Shown: in pieces, positions 40,591-53,869 of the stretch
How the letters are laid out: every line of letters starts with the position of its first letter
Numbering within the stretch: the stretch's first letter is position 1
Origin: Malacoraja senta
Lineage: Eukaryota
Direction of reading: 5' to 3'
NCBI GenBank assembly: GCA_038087875.1
Contig: CM075994.1
Location: 5,210,001-5,274,000 of the forward strand
DNA: 64,000 bases
The notes under the pieces: generated by a model
The model's input: only the letters and a program-made list of their open reading frames with translations
Databases searched by the model: none
What the model was told of the DNA's origin: nothing
Made by a program: the position numbers and the translations under genes

Positions 40591-41359
40591 TGTTGTATCG
40601 ACATACCGGCAAAGTCGCGCGCCTGATGACGTCACTCGCAGCAGGCTGCAGTTCAATTCGCAATCGCCTCAGGTAGGTCCCGATTTTTCTCCCGTTTTCG
40701 GATTTTTCAGCACGGAGCTAGTTGACGCTGGGCTCAAGCCTCCATAGCGCCACCGGAAGTCTGTTTATTCTTACACTCCAATAAACTCGATTCCGCAATC
40801 AATGGTTGTAACTCATCTTGTCCCAAACACAGTTTATTTTGACTATTCTGGATGACCTTTTTCGAATCACATTTATTTTTAATGGTGGTTCTTCGGTCTG
40901 TTCCAATAACGTAATATTAGTGTTATATTATTTTGGATAGCTGTGATTATAGGGAAACTGCAAATTGCAATGTCAGAGCGAACTCTGACTGTCTGTATAA
41001 ATCTGGCAAAGCCAGTGGGGACAATATAATTAGCAGACAATTTTCCTCAGAATGTACCCGCAGTGCTGAACACAACCTCCCCTATTACCAACATTGCGAG
41101 ATCTGGACCAATCTTTTCATTACCTTTAACTTTTTCATTAACTTCCTTTTCTGTTGAAATGGAAATGCACAATCATGCACCCGTTTACGAAGGATAACCT
41201 TAATAGAAGATCGTAGTCAGCGACACATCAAGTTGCAACAATACAAATATACATTTCCGATCCACAGTTCTTAACTTAAGCAAAGTTAGAATTTATTTTC
41301 AACGTTGTATCGCAATTGCTCTGAGGCACATTTTAATCTAAATTTCGGTAAATTAAACC

Positions 41360-42140
41360 AGGGGAGGGGTATATGGGGGAGGGTGTGTGTGTGTGGGTAA
41401 GGTGGGTATGGTGGAGGGGGTTGTGTGGTGGAGGGAGGATGTGTAGCTTGTGGGTGTGGGGGAGGGTGGTGGGGGTGGGGGGTTGTGGGGGAGGCAGTGT
41501 GTGGGGGATGTGGTGTGTGGGGAAGGGGTGTGTGAGGGAGGAGGGGTGTTGGTGAAGAGGCTGTGTTGGGGAGGAGGATGTGGTGGAGGGGTGGTGGTGT
41601 GTGGGGGAGTGGGGGAGTTGGTGAGGGGTTCTGTTGAGGAGGGGTTTGTGCGGGCGAGGGGGAGTTTGGAGGAAGGATGTTTTGTGGGGAGGGGGTGGCT
41701 GTGTAATTGGGTGGGGGTGAGGGGAATATGGGGGGCGTGTAGTGAGGGGTGAGGGAGTGTGTAGGAGAGGGTTTTTTAGGAGAGGATGTGTGAGGGAGGC
41801 GGGTTGTGTTTGAGGGAGGGGTGTGGTGGAAATGTGGATGAGGGGATGTGGGTGGAGGGTGGTATGGGAGGCGTGGGAGGTGGGTGTGTGTGCGGGAATG
41901 TGTGTGTGTGTGTGTAGGAGAGGATAGTGGTGTGGGGGAGGTGGAAAGGGGGTGGGGGTGTTTGGTTGAGGGTTACGTGGGGAGGCGAGGTGCGTGAAGG
42001 AGAGGGGTGCGCAGTACATGTGTGTGTGTGGGGGAGTGGTGGTGCGTAGGGGAGTGCGATGTGTGCGGCAGGGGTTTGAGGGAGGGGGTGTGCAGTTAGG
42101 GTGGGGGTGGGTAAGGGGGGGGGTAGATGGGGTTGTAGTG
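41360..42140 (+). repeat. G/T-rich low-complexity tract, probably internal to a non-autonomous element
   Basis: Dense G3-G6 runs separated by T/A. Compositionally the inverse of the C-rich tracts at 10290-12200. Confidence 0.85.
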
Positions 42141-44469
42141 TTAAGTGATCAGTGGTGGAAATCGCTATCAAAACATGGGGGGACACCATTAATTGCTGGC
42201 TGCACGTGCACACATACACGCGCGATAATCTGCCGTGGGCCCTTTGGACGGTAACATCGGGAGTTGACCTGATTGTTGACCGACTGCGAACTCCAGCGAC
42301 AGCAACTTCGTCCGCCCCTAAACTCGGGGCATCAATCGGCCCCTTCGTGGGTCCTTTCATCGCCCGGAGCGGCGTAAAAACGGCTGCAGTAACTTCCATC
42401 GCCCCGCGGGGACGTCGACATCGGGAGCCTCAATCGCCTCGACGCAGCATCGGGAGCCTCAATCGCCTCGAAAGCGTTCAAACTACGTACAGACAACGCC
42501 ATAAACGCCTATGCTCGAACGAGGCCACAAGCGCTACGAGTCAACAGCTCAGTCACTACGCCACCGTGATGTATCTATGGGTGGCTGTTAATTCTGTTAG
42601 TGTCACGGTTGATGCAAGTGAATACCAAAAGATAATTGAAATTTCCGGATGGCTTGAAAATATATTATTCTCACCTAATTCGTCTATTCTGGTCTTCAGT
42701 TTGCCGGCGTCTGAAAACAAAATTCGATTCAAATAATTTCGCGCATTTGGGTATTTCGGAAATAAAGTGTTGCAAAGATGAACATAGATGAATGGCGTAT
42801 GGTTTGAAGGAAATGCATTAGAAATTACAAAGCTGGATACCAAAAAGTGATGAAACGGAAATGAAATTTCTTGTAAATTTAATTATTATGCCTCGATAAT
42901 GTATTGTCCATTAACAGGGTGTTACGATAATTCATTGCCATGATTCGTTAAGTTATGTGGTTGATGTTACCTCATTGCCAGCGAAATATCGATAGACAAA
43001 TAGCAAAACTCTTGTGTACTCACAATATACTGCTCCATTACTGAATACAGCTCTTTGTGTCTATCATATCCATAATTCTGTCATTTCGATTAATAATTGG
43101 CCGTCATCAGTCATAGAGTAACTAGTGATGCAGTGTGGAAACAAGCCATTCGACCCAACTCGCCTACACCGGCCAACAATGTCCCAACTACATTAGTCCC
43201 ACTTGCCTGTGCTTCATCCATTCGTCTTCCAACCTGTCCTATCCATGGACCTCTCTAAATGTCTGAAGAAAACACTCTGTGCATTTCCACGATCTATTCC
43301 TCTGATGATGTTATCAGATCACACCTTATTATCTTGCGCTCCATGGAATAGAGACCCATCCTACTCACCTCTCCCTATGAGTCACACCCTCTAGTCCTGG
43401 TAACATCCTCGTAAATCGTAATGTGGATATTAACGAAATTATACAACAAAGAGCAAATATCATATATATACAAATTGCTGCAGTTAATCGGCGAGTCAAG
43501 CAGCTTCTCTGGAGAAAAAGAATCGGTGGCGTTTCGGGTTTGAGCCCTTCTGCACAGAGGAACCCGAGTAATAGTCCAGATCCGAAACACCAAACGATAT
43601 TTTTTCCAGGGATGTTGCCTGACCCGCTGAATTACTCCTGCAATTTGAGTTCCTCTTTGTTATAAACCAGCATCTGCAATTCTTTAGTTCCAGTGAAACA
43701 TAGATAAACAAGGAAGTTCAGATGTTTGTTTACAAAAATGAAATAACATGATTGAGAAACTTAGCGGATTAGGGACCATCTTAAATTCTTCTCAGATTTT
43801 ATCTGACCCTCTGATTTCAACTCTTGTCATTACTAAATTAGCTATAGGGAGGCTAATTTGTGCCTTTACTTTGTATTCGTCCAGCAATGAAAGAGGGGTT
43901 TTGATCATTGTCTCAGTGAATTGCAGCAGATGTATACCCATTGTTGTGCTTTTTTTTCTGCACTGGGCCTCGATATTAATATCCTATTGTGCTCCGCGTG
44001 TTTCAGTGTATTAATTATTTAGTTTATGCTGGTTGTGTTATTGTCACGTTTGCCATGGTATAGCGAAAATCATTTATTTGCGTGCTACCCAGAAAAATAT
44101 AAGACCATACATTAATACAAATTAAGCAGATAAATGATAAAGGGTGCAACATATTTGCTAATATATCACATTGGAGTCCGATCAAGATCGATTAAATATA
44201 GATCCATTGTCTTGAATAAAGATAAATTATATCGGTATGCTTCATGTATATTGCTGTAGCTTGATCGCACTCCATGTAATATATTCCCTGGATATTGAAA
44301 GTCAAGTATTCAAAATGTAGTAATCCTTCTCTGCCTTCATATTTACCTCTACCACTGAGATCCCGCGAACTTGTTGATCTGTACGTGCACACTCTAACCT
44401 TCTCGAACTATTCACTCTTTTAACATCCATGCAGCCATAGCATTGGAGAAGATGCCTGGATTCCACATA

Positions 44470-44850
44470 ATTTTTATTTTGAATCCCAAGAATCAAATGT
44501 TTTATTGTTATATGTCCCAGATAGAACAATGAAATTCTTACTTGCTGCAACACAACAGAATATGTAAACATAGTACATAAACGAGAGCAAACATGTTCAG
44601 TGTGTATATATACGCATACACACATACTCAAAAATAAATAGTTGTACTGCAATAATAATAATGGTCCGTTGTAGGTCAGAGCTGATTCTTTTCTGGTTTA
44701 CTAGCCCGATGGCTGTAGGGAAGAAGCTGTTCCTGAATCCAGTCCTTACAGTTTTCAGGCTCCTTAACCTTCTTCCCGATGGCAGTGATTAAATTAGTGT
44801 TTGGCCAGGATGGTTTGAGTCTCTGATGATGTTAGCTGCCTTTTTGAAGC
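44470..44850 (-). mobile_element. LINE 3' fragment, Rex1/Babar-like
   Basis: Inverted 3' end AATCAAATGTTTATTG...CTTGCTGCAACACAACAG and coding end GGGAAGAAGCTGTTCCTGAA. Confidence 0.55.
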
Positions 44851-45294
44851 AAACGCTTTGCCGGTAATATCTCTCCACAACACTGTAGGACAATTGGTTT
44901 TGAACGACTGCAAAGCATTATTCGCCTTAGCTATGATATGAAATAATTTCCCATCATCATATCTAAATTCGTTTTATCACGCACCTCGGGCTTCTATTTA
45001 AATCACCCCTGGCTCAGACATGCCTATACTGGAAGCGATGTCCGGATTTTTATAGCCAACAAGTATCACAAATTGGAAGCATGTGATTTTTTTGCATTGA
45101 GCCGAATTAATCGATCGTTATATATTAACAGCTGGAGTTTGCAATTTTATTTATCAACGTAGCGCAAAACCACGACATTTAGAATAACTAGCAAATTATT
45201 CTTAATTTAGAATTGTAACATTAGATTTCGTGACAGATATCCCGATAGAAAACGAGTTCATTGTTCGATGTTTTAAATAATCCCAGGGATGTCA

Positions 45295-48200
45295 TAGAAA
45301 CACAGAAACATAGAAAACAGGTGCACGAGTAGGCCATTCGGCCTTTCGAGCCTGCACCGCCATTCAATATGATCATGGCTGATCATCCAACTCAGTATCC
45401 CGTACCTGCCTTCTCTCCATAACCCATGATGCCTTTAGCCACAAGGGCCACATCTAACTCCCTCTTAAATATAGCCAATGAACTGGCCTCTACGACCTTC
45501 TGTGGCAGAGAGTTCCAGAGATTCACGACTCTCTGTGTGAATTTCTCTTTTCTCATCTCGGTCCTAAAGGATTTCCCCTTTATCCTTAAACTGTGAGCCC
45601 TTGTTCTGGACATCACCAACATCGGGAACAATCTTCCTGCATCTAGCCTATCCAACCCCTTAAGAATTTTGTACGTTTCTATAAGATCCCCCATCAATCT
45701 TCTAAATTCTAGCGAGTACAAACCGAGTCTATCCAGTCTTTCTTCATATGAAAGTCCTGACATCCCAGGAATCAGTCTGGTGAACCTTCTCTGTACTCCC
45801 TCTATGGCAAGAATGTATTTCCTCAGATTAGGAGACCACAATTGAACGCAATACTCCAGGTGTGGTCTCACCAAGACGCTGTACAACTGCAGTAGAACCT
45901 CCCTGCTCTTATACTCAAATCCTTTTGCTATGAATGCTAATATACCATTCGCTTTCTTCACTGCCTGCTGCACCTGCATGCCTACTTTCAATTACTGGTG
46001 TACCATGACACCCAGGTCTCGTTGCATCTCCCCATTTCCTAATCAGCCACCATTTAGATAATAGTCTGCTTTCCTGCTTTTGCCACCAAAGTGGATAACC
46101 TCACATTTATCCACATTATACTGCATCTGCCATTCATTTGCCCACTCACCCAGCCTATCCAAGTCACCTTGCAGCCTCCTAGCATCCTCCTCGCAGCTAA
46201 CACTGTCACCCAGCTTAGTGTCATCCGCAAACTTGGAGATGTTGCATTCAATTCCCTAGTCCAAATCATTAATATATATTGTAAATAGCTGGGGTCCCAG
46301 CACTGAGCCTTGCGGTACCCCACTAGTCACTGCCTGCCATTCTGAAAATGACCCATTTACTCCTACTCTTAGCTTCCTGTTTGCCAGCCAGTTCTCTATC
46401 AACATCAATACTGAACCCCCAATACCGTGTGCTTTAAGTTTGTATACTAATCTCCTGTGAGGGACCTTGTCGAAAGCCTTCTGAAAGTCCAGATATAACA
46501 CATCCACTGGTTCTCCCCTAGCCACTCTACTAGTTACATCCTCGAAAAATTCTATAAAATTCGTCAGACATGATTTAACTTTCGTAAATCCATGCTGACT
46601 TTGTCCAATGATTTCACTCTTTTCAAATGTGCTGCTATCCCATCTTTAATAACTGACTCTAGCAGTTTCCCTACTACCGATGTTACACGAACTGGTCTGT
46701 AATTACCCGTTTACTCTATCCCTCAACTTTTAAAAAAGTGGGGTTACATTAGCTACCCTCCAATCCTCACGAACTACTCCAGAATCTAAAGATTTTTGAA
46801 AAATTATCACTAATGCATCCACTATTTCTGGAGCTACTTCATTAAGTACTCTGGGATGCAGCCTATATAGCCCTGGGGATTTATCGGCCTTTAATCCATT
46901 CAATTTACCTAACACCACTTCCCGGCTCACCTGGATTTCACGCAGTTCCTCCATCTCCTTTGACCCGCGGTCCCCTGCTATTTGCGGCAGATTATGTATG
47001 TCTTCTTTAGTGAAGGTGGAACCAAAGTACTTATTCAATTGGTCCGCCATGTCCTTGTACCCCATGATCAATTCACCTGTTTCTGACTGCAAGGGACCTA
47101 CATTTGTTTTAACTAATCTCTTTCTCTTCACATATCTATAAAAACTTTTGCAGTCAGTTTTAATGTTCCCTGCCAGTATTCTCTCATAATCTATTTTCAC
47201 TTTCCTAATTAAGCCCTTTGTCCTCCTCTGCTGTCTCTGAATTTCTCCCAGTCCTCTGGTCGGCTGCTTTTTCTCGCTAATTTGTACGCTTCATCTCTTG
47301 CTTTGATACTATCTCTGATTTCCCTTGTTATCCACGGATGCACTACCTTGCCTGATTTATCTTTTGCCAAACTGCAATGAACATTTTTTGTAGTTCAACC
47401 ATGCAGTCTTTAAATGCCTTCCATTGCATATCCACCGGCAACCCTTTAAGAACTAATCGCCAGTCAATCTTGGCCAATTCACGTCTCATACCGTCAAAGT
47501 TACTTTTCTCTTAAGTTCAGACACATTGTTTCTGAATTAACCATGTCACTCTCCATCCTAATGAAGAACTCAACCATATTATGGTCACTCTTGCCCAAGG
47601 GGCCACGCACAACAAGACTGTTAACTAACCCGTCCTTATTACTCAATACCCAGTGTAGAATAGCCTGCCCACTCGTTGGTTTCTCTACATGTTGTTTTAG
47701 AAAACTATCCCGCATTCATTCCAAGAAATCATCTTCCTCAGCACCCGTGCCAATTTGATTCACCCAATCTATATGTAGATTGAAGTCACCCATTATAACT
47801 GTTTTACCTTTGTTGCACGCATTTCTAATTTCCTGTTTGATGCCATCCCCAACTTCACTACTACTGTTAGGCGGCCTGTACACAACACCAACTAGCGTTT
47901 TCTGCCCCTTAGTGTTTCGCAGCTCTACCCATAACGATTCCACATCCTCCAATCTAATGTCCTTCCTTTCTATTGCGTTAATCTCCTCTCTAACCAGCAA
48001 CGCCATCCCACCTCCTTTCCTTTATGTCCATCCCTACTGAATATTGAATATCCATGGATGTTCAGCTCCCAGCCTTGGTCACTCCTTGCATTGAGAAACA
48101 AAGCCTTCAGGCTTGTTTTTACAACGCTCTTACCCTTATACTTTTTTGCTGAAAAGTGGCACTTTTTGATTTTTGCCCTGGATTTGTCTGCCTGCCACTT

Positions 48201-48420
48201 TTACTTTTCACCTTGCTACCTATGGCTTTTACCCCCATTTTACACCCTCTGTCTCTCTGCTCACACATTTAAGAACCCCACCACCACTTATTCTCTGTTT
48301 ATTATTGTTTTCGTCTTCCCCCCCTACATGTTGGGTCTGAGTGCTTCCCTTCTCAGCCTCCTGCCTCACGCACTGTCTACTAGCTTTCTCTATTTGAGTC
48401 CTTCCCCCCAACTGTTCTAG
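45295..48420 (-). mobile_element. Long CR1 LINE copy (endonuclease plus RT, fragmented)
   Basis: [40 protein letters not shown] and RPHLEYC motifs. Inverted (ATAGAAAC)n tail. Confidence 0.95.
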
Positions 48421-48809
48421 TTTATATAACGAATAACACAGGGAACGCTAAACTTTTTGTCGGGAGTTAGTTTATATCATGAAACAACGTTGCTTAGAGC
48501 TCTATTCCACCATAATAGTTTTTAATTACGTTCGTTGCGCTACGTAGTATATATCATAAACTGGGATTACATTGTTTTTATTACTCACCTGAGTGCTTTA
48601 GGTCTCTGATTTCTGAAATTAAAATATTATTGTATGAAATTATTGTCTAAGTTCCCACTGGTATTCGCCACGCGTTTTAAGTTATCGTTACCCCCTTTAC
48701 ACCGGCTTGTACTACATAATAATCCAGCTTCATGTCGTTAATATTCTGTGGCGACATTTTGCCGAAAAGCACAGTAGTGAAGGTTCAACTATAATAGTTC
48801 AGGCCCCAA

Positions 48810-49295
48810 ATAGACTCAACATTCTGGAATACCTCAACGGGAAAGGCAGCATCTCTGATGTGACGGAATGAGTGACGTTTCCAGTGGAGAACATTCTTCC
48901 GACTGAGAGCCGGGGGAAAGGGAAACGAGATGTATCGACTGGGCTCCAGAGAAATGTCAAACAAATAAATGAAAGATGTTCAACAAAGTTACCATGCTCA
49001 AAAAAGAAAACTGGCCATTGTGAGCTGTTTGCTAGGTGAGAACGTGAAGCTTGTGCGGCTTCGTTGTAATGGGGCGAATTTGGCGGGGTGGTGGAGAGAG
49101 AAGAAATGTTGGTTTTACTTTAGGTTAGATAAATCAATATTAGTATCACTCGGTTGTAAGCTGCCGAATCGTAATATGAGATAAATTTACTCCAATTTGC
49201 GTTTAGACTCACTCTGCCAAGGATGGCCTCAGACAGAACGGTGAGTGTGGGAATGGGAATGGAAATTAAGGGGTTCTGCAACCGGCCTATTCGGG
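48810..49295 (-). mobile_element. Penelope-like 3' fragment, degenerate
   Basis: Reverse complement resembles 5180-5550. Confidence 0.65.
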
Positions 49296-52200
49296 CCTAT
49301 ATACATTTTAAAACAACATCACGAATCAATGCTGTAACTGACAAGCTGCCTGTGCATTTAAATGGATCAGCGCAGGTCCGATCTCCCGACGTTTACGGAG
49401 TTTCGTCAATTGATGCACTGTGCGACCTCGCGTAGGATCGCACTTACAGCCAATACAGTGCAAGGAAAGTGCTCGGACTTCTTGCAAATATGATTGATGC
49501 GGAAGGGATAATTATCACCCCTCTCTACCTTTCTGCCGGTAATAACCTGCCACTAGAAAATAACTTTATGGACGTACGGGCAAGCCTGCTTTGTCAAAGA
49601 GAATGGAGGGAATGCTAGGGAAAACGGGGGCGAATAGTATTTAATTTGGAATGTTGTGTGGGAAATGAACATGCCAGACTTCTGCATACTATTTCAAATC
49701 AGCAATGGTTGAATGTGAAACGAGTGAGATCCAAACATTTCACTGTTAACATAAATCCATTATTATGCGATGAGCAGGTGTTTCCTCAGAACTGATTGCC
49801 CCACAAATGATTACATTATGCTGATAACGTCTTATCTGCAAGTAAACTGTATTAAAACATGACGACAAAAAAATTACGTTGATAACGAAATGACCTTAAA
49901 CACATGATTTAACCAACACACAAAACGCTGGAGGAATTCAGTGGGCCAGTCACCATCTGTGCACCTGTGGAAGCAATGGATATCTCATATCCTAACCCTT
50001 CCTCAGACGCAACTTACCGGATTCCTTTTCCCTGAGAGATGCTTCTGTTCATATATCGAAAATGAAAAATAAATTAGAATGATGCGCTACATTTTCCCTT
50101 GGCATTTTGAAGAGGGGTGGGCGGTGCGGATGATACAACGTGGAATTCTTAAATGGAATGACATCACAGCAGCGGCAATAACTTTTAAAATATATACAGC
50201 GAGAAACATATAAAGTAAGGCTGTTTGAAAATCGAGGATTTAGTTCAACTGAGGAAAGATAAATATATTCCGGGTATGTTGAAAGCCTCAGTTTCAAGAA
50301 CATGGTAGCTATAAAAGTAAGACTACTAATTCTTTCCGATTTGTTTACGATCTGATCTGAATACCTAACTGCTTTTTAGTTTAGAGATAGACACAAATCT
50401 CTGGAGTAGCTCAGCGTAAAAGGCAGCATATCTGGATATAAATAATGGGTGACATTTCGTATCGAGACACTTCTTCTGACTAATAGTTAGCGTAGTGGGA
50501 GACAGATATATAAAGAAGTAGTAGACTAAGTGTGACCCGTTGGTTCCCATCATCACACGAGAGGGCTGCCCCCCCAACTCAATATTCCACCTATCCCACC
50601 AATTCAAATATTGGTAGCTAGTGTGGTCGTTGGGGGGGGGGCGGTTCTGGCACGCTGGTATGGGTGTTGTGGGTTGAAGGGACTGGTTATCAGAGGGTCT
50701 TTGTGGGCCGAATGGATTCGTGGGCTGACGGCTCAGTCACTGAAGCCTGTTGTGCTTTCAGCTCACTCACTCATGGCTGGTGGGCTGGCAGTTGACTCAC
50801 GGCTATTCCTTGAAATTCCATTTCAAGCAGTGTGCAAGGCCACCAAATACAAGTGCAGTTTTCTTCCATTTTAAGCAGGGTGCAAGGCCACTAAAGGCGG
50901 CGAGTCGGGACCTGTCCCTCCTCCATCTTGCAGAGACTGAGCCACGCCAACACTTCTGGGTTTTATAGTCCCTCCCCTCCCACCAAAAGGGACGTGGACT
51001 TCATGGCGTGATTCACAGGAGAGAGAATCTCAACATATTTAAAACACTAATAAATATTTAATTTTTCATCGATGGGAAAAATCCTCGGCATCTGTTGAGC
51101 GGATGGGGACTTTGAGTAAGATGGCCAAAAATCACAGCCGTACGTCGTAGCGTATTTTCTAGAATCAATATAAAGCACAAACAGGTAGTGGTCAAGATTA
51201 GACTTTTAATTTTATTTCGGAGTCACGTGAGTGACTACGTGAAGAAGACTCCCGATCGTCCGCATGCGCGTCATTACGACGCTCGCATGGCGAAGCACCG
51301 GACTGGCAGACACTTCGCTCCTGCCAGCGGTAAGCTTAAACTTCAGGTAAGTTTGTATTTCTTACCTTTTTTTGATTTCTTGCAGGAACCTCTTGTTACA
51401 GAGGTTTGCTGCCGGATGCTTCGCGAAGGCCGATGAGGGAACCAGCTATGGGCTGTGGGGCATCCTGGGTCCGATCGCTGAAGCGGGTAGCTGGCGAATG
51501 TCGGGTTCGCGATCGCAGTCACTATTAAGACGGTCAGTGACTGCCAGACGCTGTGGTTCCCGGGGAGGGGACATCCAGCAGCAATGCGGCGCCCAGACCG
51601 AAGGTGTCCCCGGGATATGGGTAAAACCGACCAAACGGTCAGCCCTGGTACCGGAAGTGTTCCCCTCCAGTCAAGGGTACAAATTGGGGGGTTGGCTAGG
51701 ATGGAGCTCCTAATGGAGAGGAGGGTCAATCTAGATACACTCCAACAGCAGGAATTGTGTCAACGCGGGCCTATGGGAGAGCCGCGCCAACAGCACCTTA
51801 TAATAGGGCTGCATAATGTCTCCCCCATGGAAGGGGTGAGCAAACAGGGGGGAGTTGTTCTGACCCTGAGCAGCATACCCCAAGGGATGGAAGCCGCCGG
51901 GTCAGTATGTAATCTGACGCCGTGTCTATGGCAGCGCTGGCCTATTGCCGAAGGCCGCGCCAGCAGCGCCTTGTAACAGGGCAGCTTAATGTCTCTCTCT
52001 AGGAGCAGGGGAGCATGCCGGGTCAGTATAAATCTGACGCCGAGTCTGAGGGTATTGCCCAAGGGATCAAGGGCATGTGTCAGATGTACCATTCCTGGCA
52101 GCAATGTTTGCCTTCCCAACAAAATGCAGTGAGCACCGCTATCAGGGGGACATTAGAGCCAGCCGCCGAATCTTCTGTTCAGGTAAGACCTATTCAACAG

Positions 52201-52897
52201 GCATAACCTGGAGGAAGCACAAGCTGTTGGACCAGTCAAGGCCAACGACGATCAAAGATTCATAGTTGGCGGCAACGCACCCCACGTCTTTATCTGCAGT
52301 AAGCGGTTCACTGAAGCTGGTGGCAGCATGAAAGCTGGCGAAAGGTACTTGCAAGTTGGTAAGATTTACACATGGTTGTACGTTACACAAATGATTAAGA
52401 CATTGTAAGCTACTTAGAGGCATCTAACCATGTAAAACTGGACAATATTAGCATTCCAAGCAGGTTGGGATTGGTCCAGAATTGCGTTTTGAGGCAGGGT
52501 CAGTATTCTGGCCAGGATTGCCTTCGAGACAGACTCGGACAGATGGGCAGAGTTGCTTTGAGGCAGGCTCAGAATTGTGGCCAGAATTGTCTTTTAAGAC
52601 AGGTCAGAATTATCAGAGAGGCTCAGTATTATGGCCAGGATTGTCTTGCAAGACAGGCTCGGAAATCGGGCCAGAGTTCTCGTTCAAGGCAGGCACGAAA
52701 TGATGGCAGGCGTGGCCTGTTCGTTATGAACGATGGGTGATCAACAGCTGGTTTTCATAGGGTGTTACCATTTACAGTGATCATCGGAGACATTTGGAGG
52801 AGGCAATTGCTATGATGAGGCAATAATAACAGTATGATGATAATAAAGCATTCGAAGCGGATTACTCAAAGTTCCAAAACACTTGTTATGTCTTGAC

Positions 52898-53072
52898 AAT
52901 GATATTTTAACGCTGTATTTTGCTAAAGTCTACTGTTTCAGTCTCAAACTATTTTGTGAAATTGGGCTCCTCTATCCAGTTAAAATGATATTTTAACGCT
53001 GTATTTTGCTAAAGTCTACTGTTTCAGTCTCAAACTATTTTGTGAAATTGGGCTCCTCTATCCAGTTAAAAT
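52898..53072 (+). repeat. Perfect 86-bp tandem duplication in the DIRS RT region
   Basis: GATATTTTAACGCTG... starts at 52901 and 52987, with AAT microhomology at the junctions. Confidence 0.92.
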
Positions 53073-53851
53073 TAAGTTGTTAACAAATAGACGTGTTGGT
53101 CATTGGGATTTCACTTTAGCTATTAATTGGCCCATGACTACTGCTTAGGCAACAGATTGGAGAAATAGAAACCTGTAACAGCCTTGTTTTTATAAGCAGC
53201 CATATTTTCATTAAGACTAATTGGCAATATAATAGCTGTGATTCATCTGTGCAAGTGGGAGAGCTGACACCATGCTAAATGTCAAACTCTAAAGTGCCAT
53301 GTAGGTGATTGTTAACACGCCTATTACCATGCTATTAGCAGCTGAAGATACCAAAGTAACAATAATGGCCAAACAGTATTACGCATTACTCCAGTAGTTG
53401 GCCTGGGGAAATACAGTTATATTGCAAACTGATGCTAATGGCCCTAACCTGGTAAATTGCGAATGTCATCTCCAGTTTGGAGGTGGAGGAGATTTGCATG
53501 AGTTACCAATTCTTCGGTAATTGTATCTACAATCTATAGATCCTACGTGCATTTTATGGGTTAATGAGTGACGGAGCGAATATTCATAATCTGCATGCTC
53601 AACTTCAGGTTGAGAAACTATGATGGTGGCATATGCTTGTCACAAGGTGTAGATGTGATATGCATGTGCCTTTAACATAGTGACCTCATACCTACTAACC
53701 ACTCCCCATATCACAAGTATATCTACAACCTCCCCACCCACAGATCGCTCTCTAGTTCCTGTGACAGACCACGTACAGCTAGTGCAATGTATAATGCTCC
53801 AGTATGAATAAAGATAGTAAAGTAACGATGCCTCGTTATAGATTCTCTACA

Positions 53852-53869
53852 TGGTGTCAGAAGTGGGAT
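53852..53869 (+). promoter_or_regulatory. Primer-binding site complementary to the tRNA-Leu(CAA) 3' end
   Basis: TGGTGTCAGAAGTGGGAT immediately follows the 5' LTR. Confidence 0.85.

Larger units (their letters stand above)
35287..40758 (-). mobile_element. Near-full-length L1-clade LINE, disrupted; roughly 1 kb of the ORF2 C-terminal region deleted near 36135
   Basis: 5' end TTCCGGTGGCGC, ORF1, ~1 kb AT-rich spacer, APE endonuclease and RT, 3' UTR, and poly(A) at 35287-35296. The deletion is inferred by comparison with the L1 at 60467-64000. Confidence 0.95.
26692..40903 (+). repeat. Local segmental duplication, copy 2, interrupted by an 8.65 kb insertion (32109-40758)
   Basis: Matches 19296-24952. 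Homology resumes exactly after the TSD at 40759-40771. Confidence 0.93.
42480..50350 (+). pseudogene. Decayed ORF remnants between TEs (42480-43100, 44200-44470, 44850-45290, 48420-48810, 49295-49800, 50050-50350), putatively viral; unidentified
   Basis: 49295-49790 reads ~165 codons with two stops (DKLPVHLNGSAQVRSPDVYGVSSIDALCDLA*DRTYSQYSARKVLGLLANMIDAEGIIITPLYLS...). 50078-50210 reads MRYIFPWHFEEGWAVRMIQRGILKWNDI. Confidence 0.45.

Noticed and set aside
40088..40747. 219-aa plus-strand ORF antisense to L1 ORF1 (ORF0-like)
   Set aside because: Non-ATG start and composition expected for the antisense of a Lys/Glu-rich coiled coil; no independent support.
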